Under the pieces are notes generated by a model. The model made no database searches. It was not told the DNA's origin and saw nothing but the letters and a program-made list of their open reading frames with translations. This document shows positions 31,561 through 52,521 of a stretch of DNA of 64,000 nucleotides, piece after piece (within the stretch, counting starts at the first letter, position 1; every line of letters begins with the position of its first letter). Origin of the DNA: the human T2T-CHM13v2.0 reference genome, Homo sapiens; assembly GCF_009914755.1 (NCBI RefSeq), contig NC_060936.1; one strand, 5' to 3'. A program made the translations under genes and the position numbers.

Positions 31561-34500
31561 GCACCGGTGCAGTGGCTCACGTCTGTAATCTCAGCACTTT
31601 GGGAGGCTGAGCCGGGCAGATCACAAAGTCAGGAGATCGAGACCATCCTGGCCAACATGATGAAACCCCGTCTCTACTGAAAATACAAAAATTAGCCAAG
31701 TGTGGTGGCGCGTGCCTTTCATCCCAGCTACTCAGGAGGCTGAGGCAAGAGAATCGCTTGAACCCAGGAGGCAGAGGTTGCAGTGAGCCGAGATCACGGC
31801 ACTGCACTACAGCCTGTGACAGAGCGAGACTCCATCTCAAAAAAAAAAAAAAGCAAACCATTCTTGGCTGGGTGTGGTGGCTTACACCTGTAATCTCAAC
31901 ACTTGGGAGGCCAAGGTGGGAGGATTGATCCCAGAAGTTCGAGACCACCCTGGGCAACATGGTGAGACTCCCATCTCTAAAAAAAAATTAAAAAATAAAA
32001 AAAATTATTTGTATGTCATGTTACTTCCCTAAAATGAAAGGAATTTATTTACCAAATAGAATCCTTTGTTTGAAAAAAAAATGAGTGAAAACATGTCTTC
32101 TGAAAATACAGTCTGCTAAAGTTATAGGTTATGGACTTTTAACTGTCAGTGGGAGAGACAGACAAATCTTGTGAGAGTCAGGGAAAGTGACAAAGCTGAA
32201 ACCCTCAAGAGAGGACACATAATTCAAGATGGATCTTCCCTCCCTTGCCCCAAGACCAGAGAATTCAAGAGTCTGCCCCTTCCCACTTGCAGTGGGAAGG
32301 GAAAGCTTGTTGAAGCTTTCTTAACTTTATGCAATAACCTGAAACATCTCCTTGCCTTTAAGCTCTGCTCCTCCATTTTTTCCCATTGTCAGATACCTTC
32401 CTCTTTGGAAGCTCTAAACAACTCTTACTGCATTTAGGGGACTCCCTTGGCATAACAAATAAGAAAGGGCATGGCATTCAAAGCCCTGTACCTTCTGGAC
32501 CTAGCACACATTTCCAGCCCTGCCTCTTCTTTCTACTTGTACCACCGTTGGAATTTCCCCCAGTCCTGAAGGCCAGGCTCAGTTGCCACTTCCTTCATGA
32601 GAACTTTGCTGTTCTTCTCCCACCAGCTTTGATCTCTCCTACTTACCAACTAGAGTGCTTTAGTACCTTTCTTTTGTCATTTACATTCTGTCATCTCTTA
32701 CGGTTAATTCATGTATTTGACTCCATTGAGTCAAGGACTGTGCACTCAGGGCACCTCCCCCACAGGGCTGAGCACCTTATCTGGAAACTTCGTATGTGTT
32801 AGAACTAGATTCACAAGCCAGCTAAGCATATGTTACTTAGTTCTGTGGTTCAAATGTATAGCAAACTTGACCATTTACTAAAAGGTTGAACCCACCCAGA
32901 GAATTATTTCACTTCTCTTAATATATACTTAATCTTGCTGAATTCCTTTTCCATTGTCCAGATCACTGGTTCCCAGTCTTTCAGTGTAAGGAACCCCCTT
33001 TTTAAAACCTAATCCAATGACCTTCTACAATATTTTGAAACAGCCTTATTGAAGTATAATTTACAGTTTATAAATTCACCCACTGTAAATGTATAATTCA
33101 ATTTTTAGCATATGTACAGAGTTGTGCAGCCATCACCATAATCCAATTTTAGAACATTTCTGCTACCCCAAAAAGTTCCCCCATATCGTTCTGCATTCAG
33201 TCTTCACTCCTGTCCCCACCCGCAGCCCCAGGAAAACACTGATCTGTTTTCTGTCTGTATTGATTTTCCTTTTCTGGATATTTCATATAAATGGAATCAG
33301 GCAATATATAGTTTTTGTGTCTGGCCTCTTTCACTTAGCATCACGTCTGTGAGGTTCACTCGTGTTATAGCACATAATAGTTCCTTTTTTAGTATTCCAT
33401 TGTGTGAATATACTGCATTTTGTTTATCCATAACCAGTTAATGGAGATTTGGATTGTTTCCAATTTTCAACTATTATGAATAGTGCTGTTAGGAACATTC
33501 ATGTACAAGTCTTTGGACTTACACTTTCATTTCTTTTGGGTAGATATTTAGGAGTGGAATTGCTATATGGTATGTCTGTAACCTTTTTTTTTTTTTTTTT
33601 TTTTTGAGACAGGGTCTCACTCTGTCACCCATGCTGGAGTACAGTGGCGTGATCATGGCTCACTACTCTGGTGATTCTCCCACTTCAGTCTCCCAAGTAG
33701 CTGGGACTACAGGCATGTGCCACCATGCCCAGCTAATTTTTGTATTTTTTGTAGAGACAGTTTTGCCATGTTGCCCAGGCTGATCTTGAACTCTTGGGCT
33801 CAAGCAGTTTGTCCATCTTAGCCTCCCAAAGTGCTAGGATTACAGGTGTGAACCACCACACCTGTCCTGTCTGTAACTTTTTAAGAAACCGCCAAACTTA
33901 TTTTCAAAGAAGCTTGTACCAGTTTATATTCCTACCAACAATGCGTGAGAGTTCCAGTTTCTCCACAAGAGGACTCCTTTTTAGTATGTAAAAAAAAAAA
34001 AATTGTAGACCTTCACATGGTAATAGATTTATTTTACTTTATTTTATTTCATTTTTTGAGACGGAGTCTCGCTCTCTCTCCCAGTCTGGAGTGCAGTGGC
34101 ACGATCTCGGCTCACTGCAAGCTCTGCCTCCCGGGTTCATGCCATTCTCCTGCTGAGCTCAGCCTCCCGAGTAGCTGGGACTACAGGCACCCGCCACCAC
34201 ACCCGGCTAATTTTTTGTATTTTTAGTAGAGACAGGGTTTCACTGTGTTAGCCAGGATGGTCTAGATCTCCTGACCTTGTGATCCGCCTGCCCTGGCCTC
34301 CCAAAGTGCTGGAATTACAGGCGTGAGCCATCGTGCCCAGCCTAGATGTTGTTTTATATCAGCAGATTGATAAAACAACACAGGGATTGAGTAATACTTT
34401 TAAAAGGATTTATATTCTAGAATCAAAACAGCGTGTATTAACATGATGTGTTCAGTATAGAGGCAGTGCTCTTAAAGCAACTCGGTGTCCCCAAAGGATT

Positions 34501-34890
34501 CATGGTTTGTAAGTTGGGAGCCACTGATCCAGATGACTTGTTTAGAAATAAATGTAAGTTATTTTGTGTCTTTTTATGCATCATCTGTAAAATGGAGACC
34601 TGCCTCATAAAGTTGTTTGAAGACTAAATGAAAATATATCCCAAGGCAGGAAGATTGGTTGAGCCCAGGAGTTTGAGAACAGCGTGGGCAACATAGCAAG
34701 ACCCGTCTCTGCAAAAATTTTTTTAAAAATAAGCTGGGCATGGTGGCACAGGTCTATAGTTGTAGCTACTTGGGTGACTGAGGCAAGAGGATCACTTGAG
34801 CCCAGGAGTTCAAGGTTGCAGTAGGCTATGATTACACCACTGTACTCCAGCCTGGGTGACACAGTGAGACCCTGCCTGAAAAAAAAAAGA
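31561..34890. mobile_element. Alu series plus old L1M fragment (Alus approx. 31561-31852 +, 31866-32000 + monomer, 33584-33867 -, 34030-34342 -, 34640-34890 +; L1M 3' fragment about 33040-33965 -)
   Basis: Alu sequence; L1M antisense phrases (TTTATTGAAGTATAATTTACA-like; CATATAAATGGAATCA). Confidence 0.85.
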
Positions 34891-35911
34891 AAATGTGTCA
34901 AGATTTGGCCGCATAATAGTTGCTCAATTAGTGGCAGCTAGTATTAGTAGAAAGCAGTATGATTTAATCGAGTATAGGCTGTGGAGCCAACAGCTGAGAA
35001 TTCTAACTTAACCTGAATTAGGTGAGATTAATAGTAGTCTGCTTTTCACAAACTTTTTTGAAATGGGGACTGTGTGGATACTTGCAAACACCTGTTTCCA
35101 TGCTTGATTCTTGCTGACTTCAGATTGCTGTTTATATCTACCCGTTTCCTTTGGTTTCATCTTTTTGGATAGGAACCTTCTCCCCACCAGCAATCTGTCA
35201 AAGTCATTTAGTAAATGCTATTCCTGTGTTCTAAAGCTGTAATTCTCATCCCTGATTGCATATTAGAATCACCTGGGCAGCTTTTGCGCTGGATACCGAT
35301 GTCTGGTCCCACCCTCAGAGATTTGACTTAACTGCTCTGGGATGTGATCTGGGCATCTAGATTTTTAAAAGCAGGTGATTGTAATGTGTAGGCAAAGATG
35401 AGAATTACCATTCTAACGTGAAACCAGGATTGGAGACAGCTGTTCTTGCCCAATTTAGTATCAGTAGCCAGTGTTACAACTTAATTCCTTCATTGGTAAG
35501 GAAATTGAACAAAATGGACTCTCTCAGATTCCCTGTTAGAATCTGAGAGTTCCAAGGCACTGGAGGAACCTTTCAGGTAAGCCTTTCTTCCACCTAAGTA
35601 GCACAGTCAGTGTCTGAGAAAGATTGTGTGGAATGAAAGCAAAACCTTAAATCTTGAAGTCAGGGTATATTTCATCCATCACTCTTTCTAGGAGGCTGTA
35701 TGCTGTAGTGAAATGAATGCAGGTTTTGGCACTAGATGAACCTGGGTTTATTTTGGCTCTGTTGATTACCAGTTGTGTTGGTTGATGTTCAGAAAGTTTG
35801 CAGTTGCACATTTTCCTCATCTGGAAAATAGGAATTGTTATAAAAAAAAAAATCATACTATATACCTTATGGGGTTGTTAGGGTTGTAGACTACATATAA
35901 AGTCTTGTGTT

Positions 35912-36421
<510 letters not shown>

Positions 36422-38054
36422 GTCTATCTGGCTTAGTGAATTGTAACTGCATTTGTACTGTTACTCATTTATTTATATTTCTTTTTATCCTCTGACTCTA
36501 CTGTAATTCATCTGGTGTCTCATCACCTGGGCATTAAAGCTGAAAGGACTATGAAGTTAGAGATTGTATTTTAGAGTCATTTATATTTCCATTGCCTATA
36601 CTAGTGCCCTGTGTGCAGAAGGTTATAAAGTTTGATGATTCAGAAAATAGAAAATTTAATATTTTTTTCAAATTTTGCTGATTTCATAGGTAAATAACAG
36701 AGATGTGGCATTACATCATTAGTGCTCAGCAAGTAAATCTTGCTACACATCGTTTTTGTTAGTTTGTTTTTTTGAGACCGAGTCTGGGAGTCTCTCTGTG
36801 TTGCCCAGGCTGGCTTGGAACTCCTGGGCTCAACAGATCCCCCTGCCTCAGCCTCCCAAGTAGCTGGGACTACAGGTGTCCACCACTGCAACTGGCAGAC
36901 ACATTATTTTGATGGCGATATCCCTTCATTTTTGTCTGCTGAGATTCATGGTCAAAGTCATGCAATATCATACAACCCAAGAACAAAAATAGTAGCACCT
37001 TAGTATTTAGCAAGAGAGGCTTCAGTAATTATAGCAAGTATGATGTAAGCAAGGGAATGGGTTTGAGGAGCAGCTGTGATGAAGAACCAGGCAAGCAATG
37101 AGAGAGAGGTCAAAAGAGGTTAGGATATATAGGCAAACCAGAATCAGAATATGGAAGTGCTGTTCATATATCTTTTTTTTCTTAGTTCTGTCCTCAAAGG
37201 GCTTAGAAGCAATGAAATACTAGTTAGTAGTAATGAGCACCCCCAGTGCCCATATTTTAATTTCTGAATAACCAGGGCTCTCTGGAGAAATGACTAATTC
37301 CAGGTCTGAAACAGGAACTTGATAGGGCGAGCCTGATATCTTGTGCCAGAAATAAGAACACTATTAAAATCTAATGGAATAATTATACCGCAGTTTAAAA
37401 CAGATGAACTAATGGAGTTGTGTCAAAAGGACAGAGAAGCCAGTTGGAAGGGACTCTTAATTGGCCGAAGGCGGGACGGCTGGAGAGTTGGCTGCAATTG
37501 ATTTAAACACATGAATATATAAAACGTCAGAGTCTGTTATATTGTAATAATACTCAGAAAAGAGAAAGCTTCCCCAACAGTTGTCAGAACTAAAAATTAC
37601 TTAAACATTAACTCCTTACTCTAAATATTGATAAAAAGAAAAAATTAAGCATTTTTCCAGGAGCAACCTTTTTTTTTAAGGTAACCAAATAACTCTAGGT
37701 GATGAGGGTATGATCTTTACATAAGAATGCCTGCTCATGTTTATAGAAGTAATGTTATAATTGGGGAATAACCATTCCAACTCCTAATAAAATAACTGAT
37801 TCAGGCAAAAATCATCTACAGATGATAAAACTATTAGGTGAACAGTAGATGGAGAACTGGACATATCATCCCACAGGTTATTTGATGATTACAAGGAGAA
37901 AGACACAGCTTTACAATGGGAGGGGTTTACTTTAACAAGTGCTCCATCTTGGCATCATGAATGGTGGGGACAACCAGGCAGTATGAAGTAAACAGCTCAC
38001 CTATGCTGTGTTCTTGTGAAAATTATTTCACCTGAATCTATTCAAGGCTTTAGA

Positions 38055-39280
<1,226 letters not shown>

Positions 39281-39545
39281 GGTTGGAGGAACAAGTTAAT
39301 TGACTTAATGAGGAAGCCATGTCAGATAAATCCAGAAAGTGGACAACCTGTAGGAAAACTAGGTCTATTCAGCTTCACAGAAAAGCAGAAATATATGGGA
39401 TGGAAATTTGTTAAAAATTGAAAGAGCCTGGGCACAGTGGCTCATGCCTGTAATCTCTGCACTTTGGGATGCTGAAGCAGGAGCATTGCTTGAGCTCAGG
39501 AGTTCGAGACCACCCTAGGCAACAGCGTGAGACCCTGTCTCTTAA

Positions 39546-39650
39546 AAATATATATTTATATATATATTTTTTATATTATATATAATATATGTATTTTATA
39601 TATTATATATTTATATATATTTTATATATTTTTGTGTATATATATATATT
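39546..39650. repeat. TA-rich low-complexity tract
   Basis: Degenerate (TA)n following an Alu monomer at 39425-39545. Confidence 0.9.
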
Positions 39651-39730
39651 AAAGGAGACTTAAGAGGCATGAAAAACAAATGCAATGTTTGGATCTTAGT
39701 TTGAACAAATTAGCTTTATAAGGTATATTG

Positions 39731-41740
<2,010 letters not shown>

Positions 41741-42113
41741 CTGTCATTTATCTAAGTTTATTGCTTCTCACCGTCCAGTGTACCCTTCAGTATGTACTCT
41801 CAAATATAATAATTTATTTAAGTCCTCTTTCTTTCTTTCTTTTTTTTAACAGAGTCTCACTCCATTGGCCAGGGTGGAGTGCAGTGGCACGATCTTGGCT
41901 CACTGCAACCTCTGCCTCCCAGGTTCAAGTGATTGACAGGTGTGTACCACCACACCTGGCATTTTGTTGTTGTTGTTGTTGTTGTTGTTATATTTTTAGT
42001 AAAGACGGATTTTCACCATGTTGGCCAGACTGGTTTCGAACTCCTGACCTCAAATGATCTTCCCGCCTTGGCCTCCCAAAATACTGGGATCACAGGCACG
42101 AGCCACCGCACCC

Positions 42114-42169
42114 AGCCAAGTCCTTCTTCTTTAAAGTGTGTAGCCAAGTCCTTCTTCTTTAAAGTGTGT
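42114..42169. repeat. Perfect 28-bp tandem duplication
   Basis: AGCCAAGTCCTTCTTCTTTAAAGTGTGT twice (42114-42141, 42142-42169). Confidence 0.95.
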
Positions 42170-42920
42170 GTGATATTATACTTTCTTTCTTTTTTTTTTT
42201 TTTTTTTGAGACGGAGGAGTCTTTCTGTCACCCAGGCTGGAGTGCAGTGGCGCGATCTCAGCTCACTGCAGGCTCCGCCCCCTGGGGTTCACACCATTCT
42301 CCCGCCTCAGCCTCCCGAGTAGCTGGGACTACAGGCGCCCGCCACCTCGCCCGGCTAATTTTTTGTATTTTTAGTAGAGATGGGGTTTCACCGTGTTAGC
42401 CAGGATGGTCTTGATCTCCTGACCTCGTGATCCGCCCTCCTTGGCCTCCCAAAGTGCTGGGATTACAGGCGTGAACCACCGCGCCCGGCCGATATTATAC
42501 TTTCTTAGTACAGGGAACTGGAGGGACAGTGTAGGAGACAGAAGCTCTTGTTTCTGGTGTAGACCACGGGTCACAGTTGTGGGTATGAGGACATCCCATG
42601 GAGCCTGCCCCAGAACATGGTCCCTATGTGGTGTTTGCACCCGTGTTCTCTCTTCAGCTCGCTCAACCTGTCCTGCGTGGCTTCCACATGACCGTACACT
42701 CTGAAGTCTTCCTTTTCCCACTGGCACTCAGACTCCCTACTGCATAGCATTGACTGCTGATCACCTTCACTCCAGACTGTATGCTTTAAATATGTACAGG
42801 TTACCATATATCAATTATACATCAGTAAAGCTATTTTCAAAATAAGGTGTAGTATAGTTGGAATTTTAATCTTCACTGGGTATCAGGTATTAAGGAATTA
42901 TTTTTCATTTTTGTATGTGA

Positions 42921-43106
<186 letters not shown>

Positions 43107-44164
43107 TAGCTGGGATTACAGGTGTACACCAGTACGCCCAGCTAATTTTTGTATTTTTATTAGAGATGGGGTTTCGCCATGTTGGCCAGGCTGGTCTCGA
43201 ACTCCTGGCCTCAAGCAATCCACCCACCTCGGCCTCCCAAAGTGCTGGGATTACAGGCATGAACCACCGTGCCCGACGCACATTTATTTATTTAGAGTTT
43301 CATATTGAAGTATTTTTTGTAGAATTCGACAAGTGCAGTTCATCAATTTGTTCTGAAATTTACATGGAAATGCATATAAATATGCATTTATAGAGAAGAT
43401 TATCCTAATGTCTGTGATTTATTTTTAAATACTTTAGAAAAAATTTACAAAGCAAATGGAGGAAAATGTTAACATTAACAGTTGTAGGTGAGGGACAGAT
43501 GGTCATTTGTATAGTATAATATTTACTTTCCTGTAGGCTTAAGTTTTCTTCCCAACAAAAGTTTTTAAGTGAAGTTCTAAAAAAAAATAATATTGTCATT
43601 TAGAGCAGTGGATGAGAAGCTAGGTAGATAAGAACATGGAAGATAAAATGGAACCGAAGGCTTTGCCAAGTCTAGACCAACAGGAGCTAATCACTCTTGA
43701 GGGAAAAGGACAAAAACTACACAAGATTTAAAGTACCTATAACAAGGAAATACACTAATGATGGAGGCAAAGGGCTGCTTCAGCTCAGAGGGTTCTATGG
43801 GTTTCTGTGGCAAGAAGGACCATTGCCTGATGCAACTTCCCAGCACTTGTTGGCATGAATTGTGAGCAGGAGTTTTCTGCTGCAGTGTCATAGGCTCTAG
43901 CTTGTCAGCCATCTTTTTTGCTCTCTTTACTGCCTCTGTGGATGTGTTCCACTAACCTGCCCAGCATTACTGTGAGGTCTCAGTGCTGTGGCATGACAAA
44001 GACTTGGCAGTATAGGAAGTTGGTTCACCCTACCCGCACATCCAACTGAATTGGAGTTGGTATTAAACTGAGGTGGGAATTCCATGGGAAAACTGGGATC
44101 ATAGAAAGAATATGAATTATTGGCTATTCCAGTACCTGAAATGAGAACGAGAATAATGATGTAA

Positions 44165-44473
<309 letters not shown>

Positions 44474-45594
44474 TAATTTCACATCCTTTTGTGAAATAAA
44501 GTTGAATCTTGCCCTATTCCTCTTGAGGTACCACTTTACCTTGAAAATGCTTAGTAATAACATTTTTTAATATATTAAATCTCATTTGAGATTGAAAATG
44601 GTGGTATTAGATATTACCCTTTTCTACAGGTAGGGAAATTGAATTAGGTGTTGTTATCCCGGTTTTACAGGTTAGGAAACCAAGACCCAGAGAGGCTGTG
44701 ATTTGCCCAAAGTTGATCATCCGGGTCCTGCGCAAACTCATACTGTTGTCACTTTCTTGTGTTCTGTCATGGCTGTTTTTCCTCAGATTTCTTTGAGATC
44801 TTTAAAAATCCAATTTGCACTCTGCAGGTGATGATGAAAATATGACTTTTCTTGTAGAACAATTTATGTCCTAGAATTTTCTCTTGGGTATAGTGTAGTA
44901 AGCATCCAAAATATGTTTGGTCTCCACAGAACTAGGTTAGCTATTTTCATCTTAAGACAGAGGCTAACATCACTTAACACCATCATTCCTAATTAACAGA
45001 TCTGTTTACTCTTAATTTGCAATTATAGTGCAGTACAAGAAAGGCCAACAGCAAGAAGATTCAGTCCAGAGGCACCACAACGTTGATCGTTGTGTTCCTA
45101 AATGGGTGTTTTTAAGGCAGAGTTTTAATTGAGGTAATGGTGGGTATTAATCTCACTCTGCATTACCATACTGTTATGCTGTTAATGATTCAGAATTCAT
45201 TGGGAAATTGGCTGTTTTGAAGGCTAGCTGTTAAATGGCTTTGCTTTTCTCTCAATGTCTGATCATCAGGGTCATGACTATCAATTTAATCAAGGATCTA
45301 GAATTGGAATGTAGCTCTGTCATTATCTGGGACTACACACTTTATCAGAAATACTGGTTTGGTAGATCTTCTCCAAGTTTCATTTTTACTCGAGTTTTAA
45401 TTAATAAGAAAATATATCTAATTTTGTTTTGTTCTCTACTTCTTAGGCTCTTCTGTTTCATTGGCCTTTACAAAGGCCCATTGTCAATCACATATCCAAG
45501 AACTGGTTTCCAAAAAAAAAAAATAGATATTGGCTGGGCGTGGTGGCTCACGCCTGTACTCTCAGCACCTTGAGAGGCCAAGGCAGGCAGATCA

Positions 45595-45807
<213 letters not shown>

Positions 45808-48298
45808 TCAGACTCAAAAATAATAATAATAAGATAAAAAGTTATTGAAAATTAGCGAGAAAATAGCTGAGTGTGTTGTTGTACACTTGTAGTCCCAGCT
45901 ACTTGGAAGGCTTAGGCTAGAGGAGCTTCTGGCTTGATTGAGCCCAGGAGTTCAAGTCTAGCCTGGACAACATAGTGAAACCCTGTCTCTAAACAAAAAA
46001 GAAAAAACCAAGAAAATGTATTATATTATGAAGGAGGCCACAAAGAGTTAAGACTGGCCAGAAACCTAGCTATTTAGGCAGAATCTACAGATCCCTTAAG
46101 TTACAGGTAAGCAAAGAGTCAAATTGGAGGGCAACTAACTTAGGAAAAAGCAGGCAGGTAACAATGATCATTGAGGTGGTGGTGATCCAAGAAGTCAGTG
46201 AGGATCCTCTTAACATTGCCTGCTGAGCAAAAGCAGGCCCTGAGCTGAGGGTGCAGGGCCTTTAGACCCATGGCTTCTAATGCATGTGATTAGAGGCCCA
46301 AAGTGTACCCTGTTCTAAGTCATACAAGGGAAGACGTGTTGAGATCTCCACAGGTATGAACAGAATGTACTATGCAACCCCAGGGCGGTATTCTTCTCTG
46401 TGCCCTGAATTGTAGGGCTATAATTTTACCTAAAGGTTAGCACCATTTTTTCCCCCTCAATAGGACAAAGACCCTTCAGCTTCATTCTATAGAACACAGT
46501 CTATGACTTCTTGATTATTATAACTTAGTGTTATTTTTTATTTTTAACTTGGTTGCCATTCATGGACCCCGAATTGAAATGTAGATCTATTTAGAATTTT
46601 CAAAAGTATTTACAGCAGCTTTCTTTAATAGCATCAATGTCAAGCAGTGTATCTCAGAATTAAAAATGTCTTATGGTCAAATAAATTGATCTCTTAAAGA
46701 TTTGCAGTATATGTTAGTACACTAAAAGCTTTTGTAAGTCTTAGCAGTAAAGAAATCTGTTTAATCCAGTGTTTCCCAAATTTTTTTGACCCCAGAATTA
46801 TTATTATTATTATTTTTGAGACAGAGTCTTGCTTTGTTGCCCAGGCTGGAGTGCAGTGTCGCGATCTCACTGCAGCCTCCACCCGCCGGTTCAAGTAATT
46901 ATCCTCCTCAGCCTCCCAGGTAGCTGGGAGTACAGGCACCCGTCAGCTGTAATCTTTGTATTTTTAGTACAATGGGGTTTCGCCACATTGGCCAGGCAGG
47001 CCTCAAACTCCTGACCTCAGGTGATCTGCTCGCCTTGGCCTCCCAAAGTGCTGAGATTATAGGAGTGAGCCACCATGCCCGGCCCAGAATTTTGTTTTTT
47101 GTTGCTAATACCCATCAACCTTCTTTTAAAATAGTCTTTTTTCTTCCAGTTTTATTGAAGGATAACTGGCAAAAATTGTATATATTCAGCGTACAACATG
47201 ATGAGTTGATAGATGTATACATTGCAAAATGATTACCACAACCTAATTAACACATCTGTCACCACACTTGGTAACCCTTTGTGTGAGTGAGTGATGAGGA
47301 CACTTAAAATTGTCTCTAAGCAAATTTCAAGTAAACAATACTGTATTAGTAACTATATTTAGTAAACAACTGTTGGGGCAGAACATACTCTGGAAATAAT
47401 AGCTATATAACAAGTGGATTGATCTGGAAATGAGGCGAGATGTTGATTATTAATGTAGCCCCATGATTTAGAGGAAAGGTCAACCCTTCATTAAACCCAA
47501 GAAAGAGCCTAATAATGACTATCTGCGCTATTTTCCTGAAGAGATGGGTGTATTTTGGAAAGTGAGACAGGCTTGCGTCACTTGGAGCTAGTAGGTTGAT
47601 GAAGATACCTCACACTTGTATTGTGCTTTAAGATTTACAAAAAAATGTGCATTTCCGTGATCAAAACCCCAGGAGGTAGAAAGGCTTATATTGTCTCCTG
47701 TTTTACAAAAGAGGAACCTCAAACTAAATGACTTGCCCAAGGTCACATAACATTATTGATAGGTAGCAAGACTGATGTTGTCTGGAACCCTGGGCTTCAG
47801 GTTGCAAGTGCAGGATGACCCACATCACTAAAATAGTTGCCTAGAATTATATGCTAATGAGTGTTTCTTTTATAGAAATATATACATCTCATATTCACTT
47901 TATTTTTCTTCCTTACAATACTTCAAGTTGCTTTTCTACCCCTGGGCTATTTTTTGTCTTTGCTACTTTCAACAGTAACTGAGTGAAGAGCACAGCCTGG
48001 GTATGACAAATAACCAGTTTGCCTCAAGGCGTGGGTTTTGGCCTCAGAGGATCAGAAACCTTGGACTTGACCAAATTTCAAATTTCTCTTATAGAACATG
48101 TTTCTAGATATGAGTTTAGAACCTACTGTGTTTAACCTGTTTTGGTTTTCATAAATTCAACCAACAATTATTAAGAACTGACCACCAACTACAGGCAAGG
48201 CACCAAGGTATACGTATTTTTCCCCAACACTTTATTAAAAAATCTTTCAAGCATATGGAAAAGCAACTTTTCCATAAGTTGAAAGAATCATTCAGTGA

Positions 48299-48577
<279 letters not shown>

Positions 48578-49882
48578 TGATCTGCCCGCCTCAGCCTCCC
48601 AAAGTGCTGAGATTACAGGCTACTTTATTATTTTTTATCACACATCTATCCATCTGTATTCATCAATCACTTCATTTTATTTTTTTATCTATTTCAGAGT
48701 AAGTTGAAGATATCAGTATACTTTATTCCTACATACTTCAGTTTCCTTTTTGTGTGTGTAGCTCTTTGTGCACCAAGCACTTGATGGGTACTTATCAAAT
48801 GTGTGTTGAAAGCATAAATGGCTTAATCAGATCAAAAAACAAAATCAAGACTAGAGTCTGCACATTCATGAAAGTGGTAGATCCCTGTGTAATTCGAAAA
48901 GGCCATTTTATGTCTACTGTCTTGACAGTCTCAAAAGAAAATTCCTGGCTGGGTGCATTGGCTCACACCTGTAATCCCAGCCTTCAGAAGGTCGAGGCAG
49001 GAGGATCGCTTGAGCCCAGGAGTTTGAGACCAGCTTGGGCAATATAATGAGACCCTGTCTCTACAAATAAAAAAAAATTAGCCGGGCATGGTGGTGTGCA
49101 CCTGTAGTCCCAGCTACTTGGGAGGCTTAGGTGTGGGAGGATTTCTTGAGCCCAGGAGTTTGAGGCTGCAGTGAGCTATGATCACACTACTGCACTCCAG
49201 CCTGGGCAATAGAGTGAGACCCTATTTCAAAAAGAAAATACTTCCCACTGTATCTTCCCTTCACCCCATTATGTGTATACAGGACCTCACATCTACCTGT
49301 GTTAGAACATTCCATTCTCAGAAGTCAGGAAGAATCTTTTTGAGAAAATGAGTCCAGAATAAGTTGGTGCTCCTCTTCCTGGTGGTGATGAATTGGGTAG
49401 CTTTGGGGTCCTGAAGAATGACAGAAACAAGGAGCAGCTAGCTAGGATTTAAAGGGAGATTTTTAAAAATTTTTTATTTTTTGGCCTAAGTATCTTATGG
49501 CCTAGCCAAGTTGTCACAGCCCTGTCACTTTTAAGCTGACTGGTGGGTTAAAGAATTGACAGTTTCTGCCTGTCCCATTTTCTAAGACCAGATGATAAAT
49601 TAATTCCATGAAGGCTTTCCTCACCATTGTAGCCCACAGTGATTACTTTCACTTTCTGAAGTCACTATCATTTATATGGCACTGCCTTGGGAAATTTTAT
49701 TTAACTTATTTTTAACCTTTTATTACAAAAGCATTACATGTGCACTGAAGAAAAATTAAAAATAGAGGCAAGCCAAATAATTTAAAAACATCATATTTCC
49801 ACCTTCCAGAGATTGCTACTGAAAACAGCTTAGTACAAATCTTTAGGGACCTTCTTCTAGGTTTACCTAAATACATCTATAA

Positions 49883-50047
<165 letters not shown>

Positions 50048-50311
50048 TAATTTTTTGTATTTTTAGTAGAGATAGGGTTTCACCATGTTAGCCAGGATGA
50101 TCTCTATCTCCTGACCTCGTGATTTGCTGGCCTCAGCCTCCCAAAGTGCTGGGATTACAGGCGTGAGCCACCATGCCTGGCCTATAATTTTTTTAAGCCA
50201 AAATCATATAATATGCTGCATGTATTACTTTGTAACCTGCTTTTTAGATCAGTGATCTCCACCTTTCCGCTTCAGTAATTTTTTCATTATTGTAATTCAA
50301 GTCAAATTTAA

Positions 50312-50774
<463 letters not shown>

Positions 50775-52062
50775 TGATCCGCCTGCCTCGGCCTCCCAAA
50801 GTGCTGGGATTACAGGCATGAGCCACTGCGGCCGGCTGAGAGTTCTTGCTTTTAAATTTACCTGGTTGTTTCCTCATAATGACGTTTAGCTCCTTCTTCT
50901 ATTCCCTGATATTTTGTATTAACTGGAGAGAGTATATATATATATAAGCTTGATAGATTTAGGTCAAACATTTTTGGCCAGAAGATGTGCACTTCTGATG
51001 TATTACATCAGATGACACATAGCTGGCATCCCTCTGTCACCAGTGCTGAGACCCCTGGACTGTGGTGGTGATGTGAGATCCCCCTTATTCAGTTTTTTCT
51101 CCATATTGACAAGAAAAGTAATCTATGGAGTGTTCAGGCATTGGCTTTTGAAAGATAACTTATTTCAACACAGCCAGATACAGGCATACTTTCTCATCTT
51201 TTGTACTCGAGCATTTTGATGAAAGTTTTCACAAGTAACTTCACTACATGGTTTTTGGTTCATAAACTTGCTGTTCTCATTTTGGAAAATAAACTAGTAT
51301 TAGTTATAGACTAATAGAAATGATACTTTATCCCTACGAATGAAATTAGGAAGGCTGCAAATATGGATGAGATCTGCCATCTGTAGAAATAACAAACTAA
51401 GAATTGTCTTTTAATGAGTACAGATTTAGGAACATGCAAAATACAATCAAGGTTACTTGAATGTAACTCAAGAAGGCGTGACTGGACTACTTTTATAACT
51501 AAAATTATGACACTAAAATTAACACAGAGGGGTTTTAGAGCGGCTATCTAGCAAGTGGGTCTCCTTCCTTGGAGTGGGGCACTGAGCTTGAACAGAGGCA
51601 TCTGGTCTTGGGCAGTTAATCCCTGGAGAGGGCAGGACATGTGACTTTATGACCCGTTTTGGGATGTAAGATCATCCCAGAAATTCCCTTATTGGGATTT
51701 GGCTTCACATGCCAGTTTCTTTCGAGGGATGCAGGGGTCAGCTAACTATTATCTCACCATTGCCAAGGATCAGGAGTTAGCATGGCTTAACTGGGTTCTC
51801 TGCTCAGAGTCTCACAATTCTGCATTCAAGGTGTTGGCCAGGCCAGGTTCTCATCTGGAGCTCCGTGTCCTCTTCTAAGCTCATTCAGGGTGTTGGCCAA
51901 ATCCCATTTCTTGTTGCTATAGGACAGGACTGAGGCCTGTGGCTCCTAGACGTTGACCCTGTCCATAGGCAGTTCACAACACAGCTGATTGCCTCCTCAA
52001 GGCCAGCAGCAGTGCAGGCCTGCCACTTCCAGTCTCTGTTTTATGTAACCTTTACATTTTTA

Positions 52063-52521
<459 letters not shown>

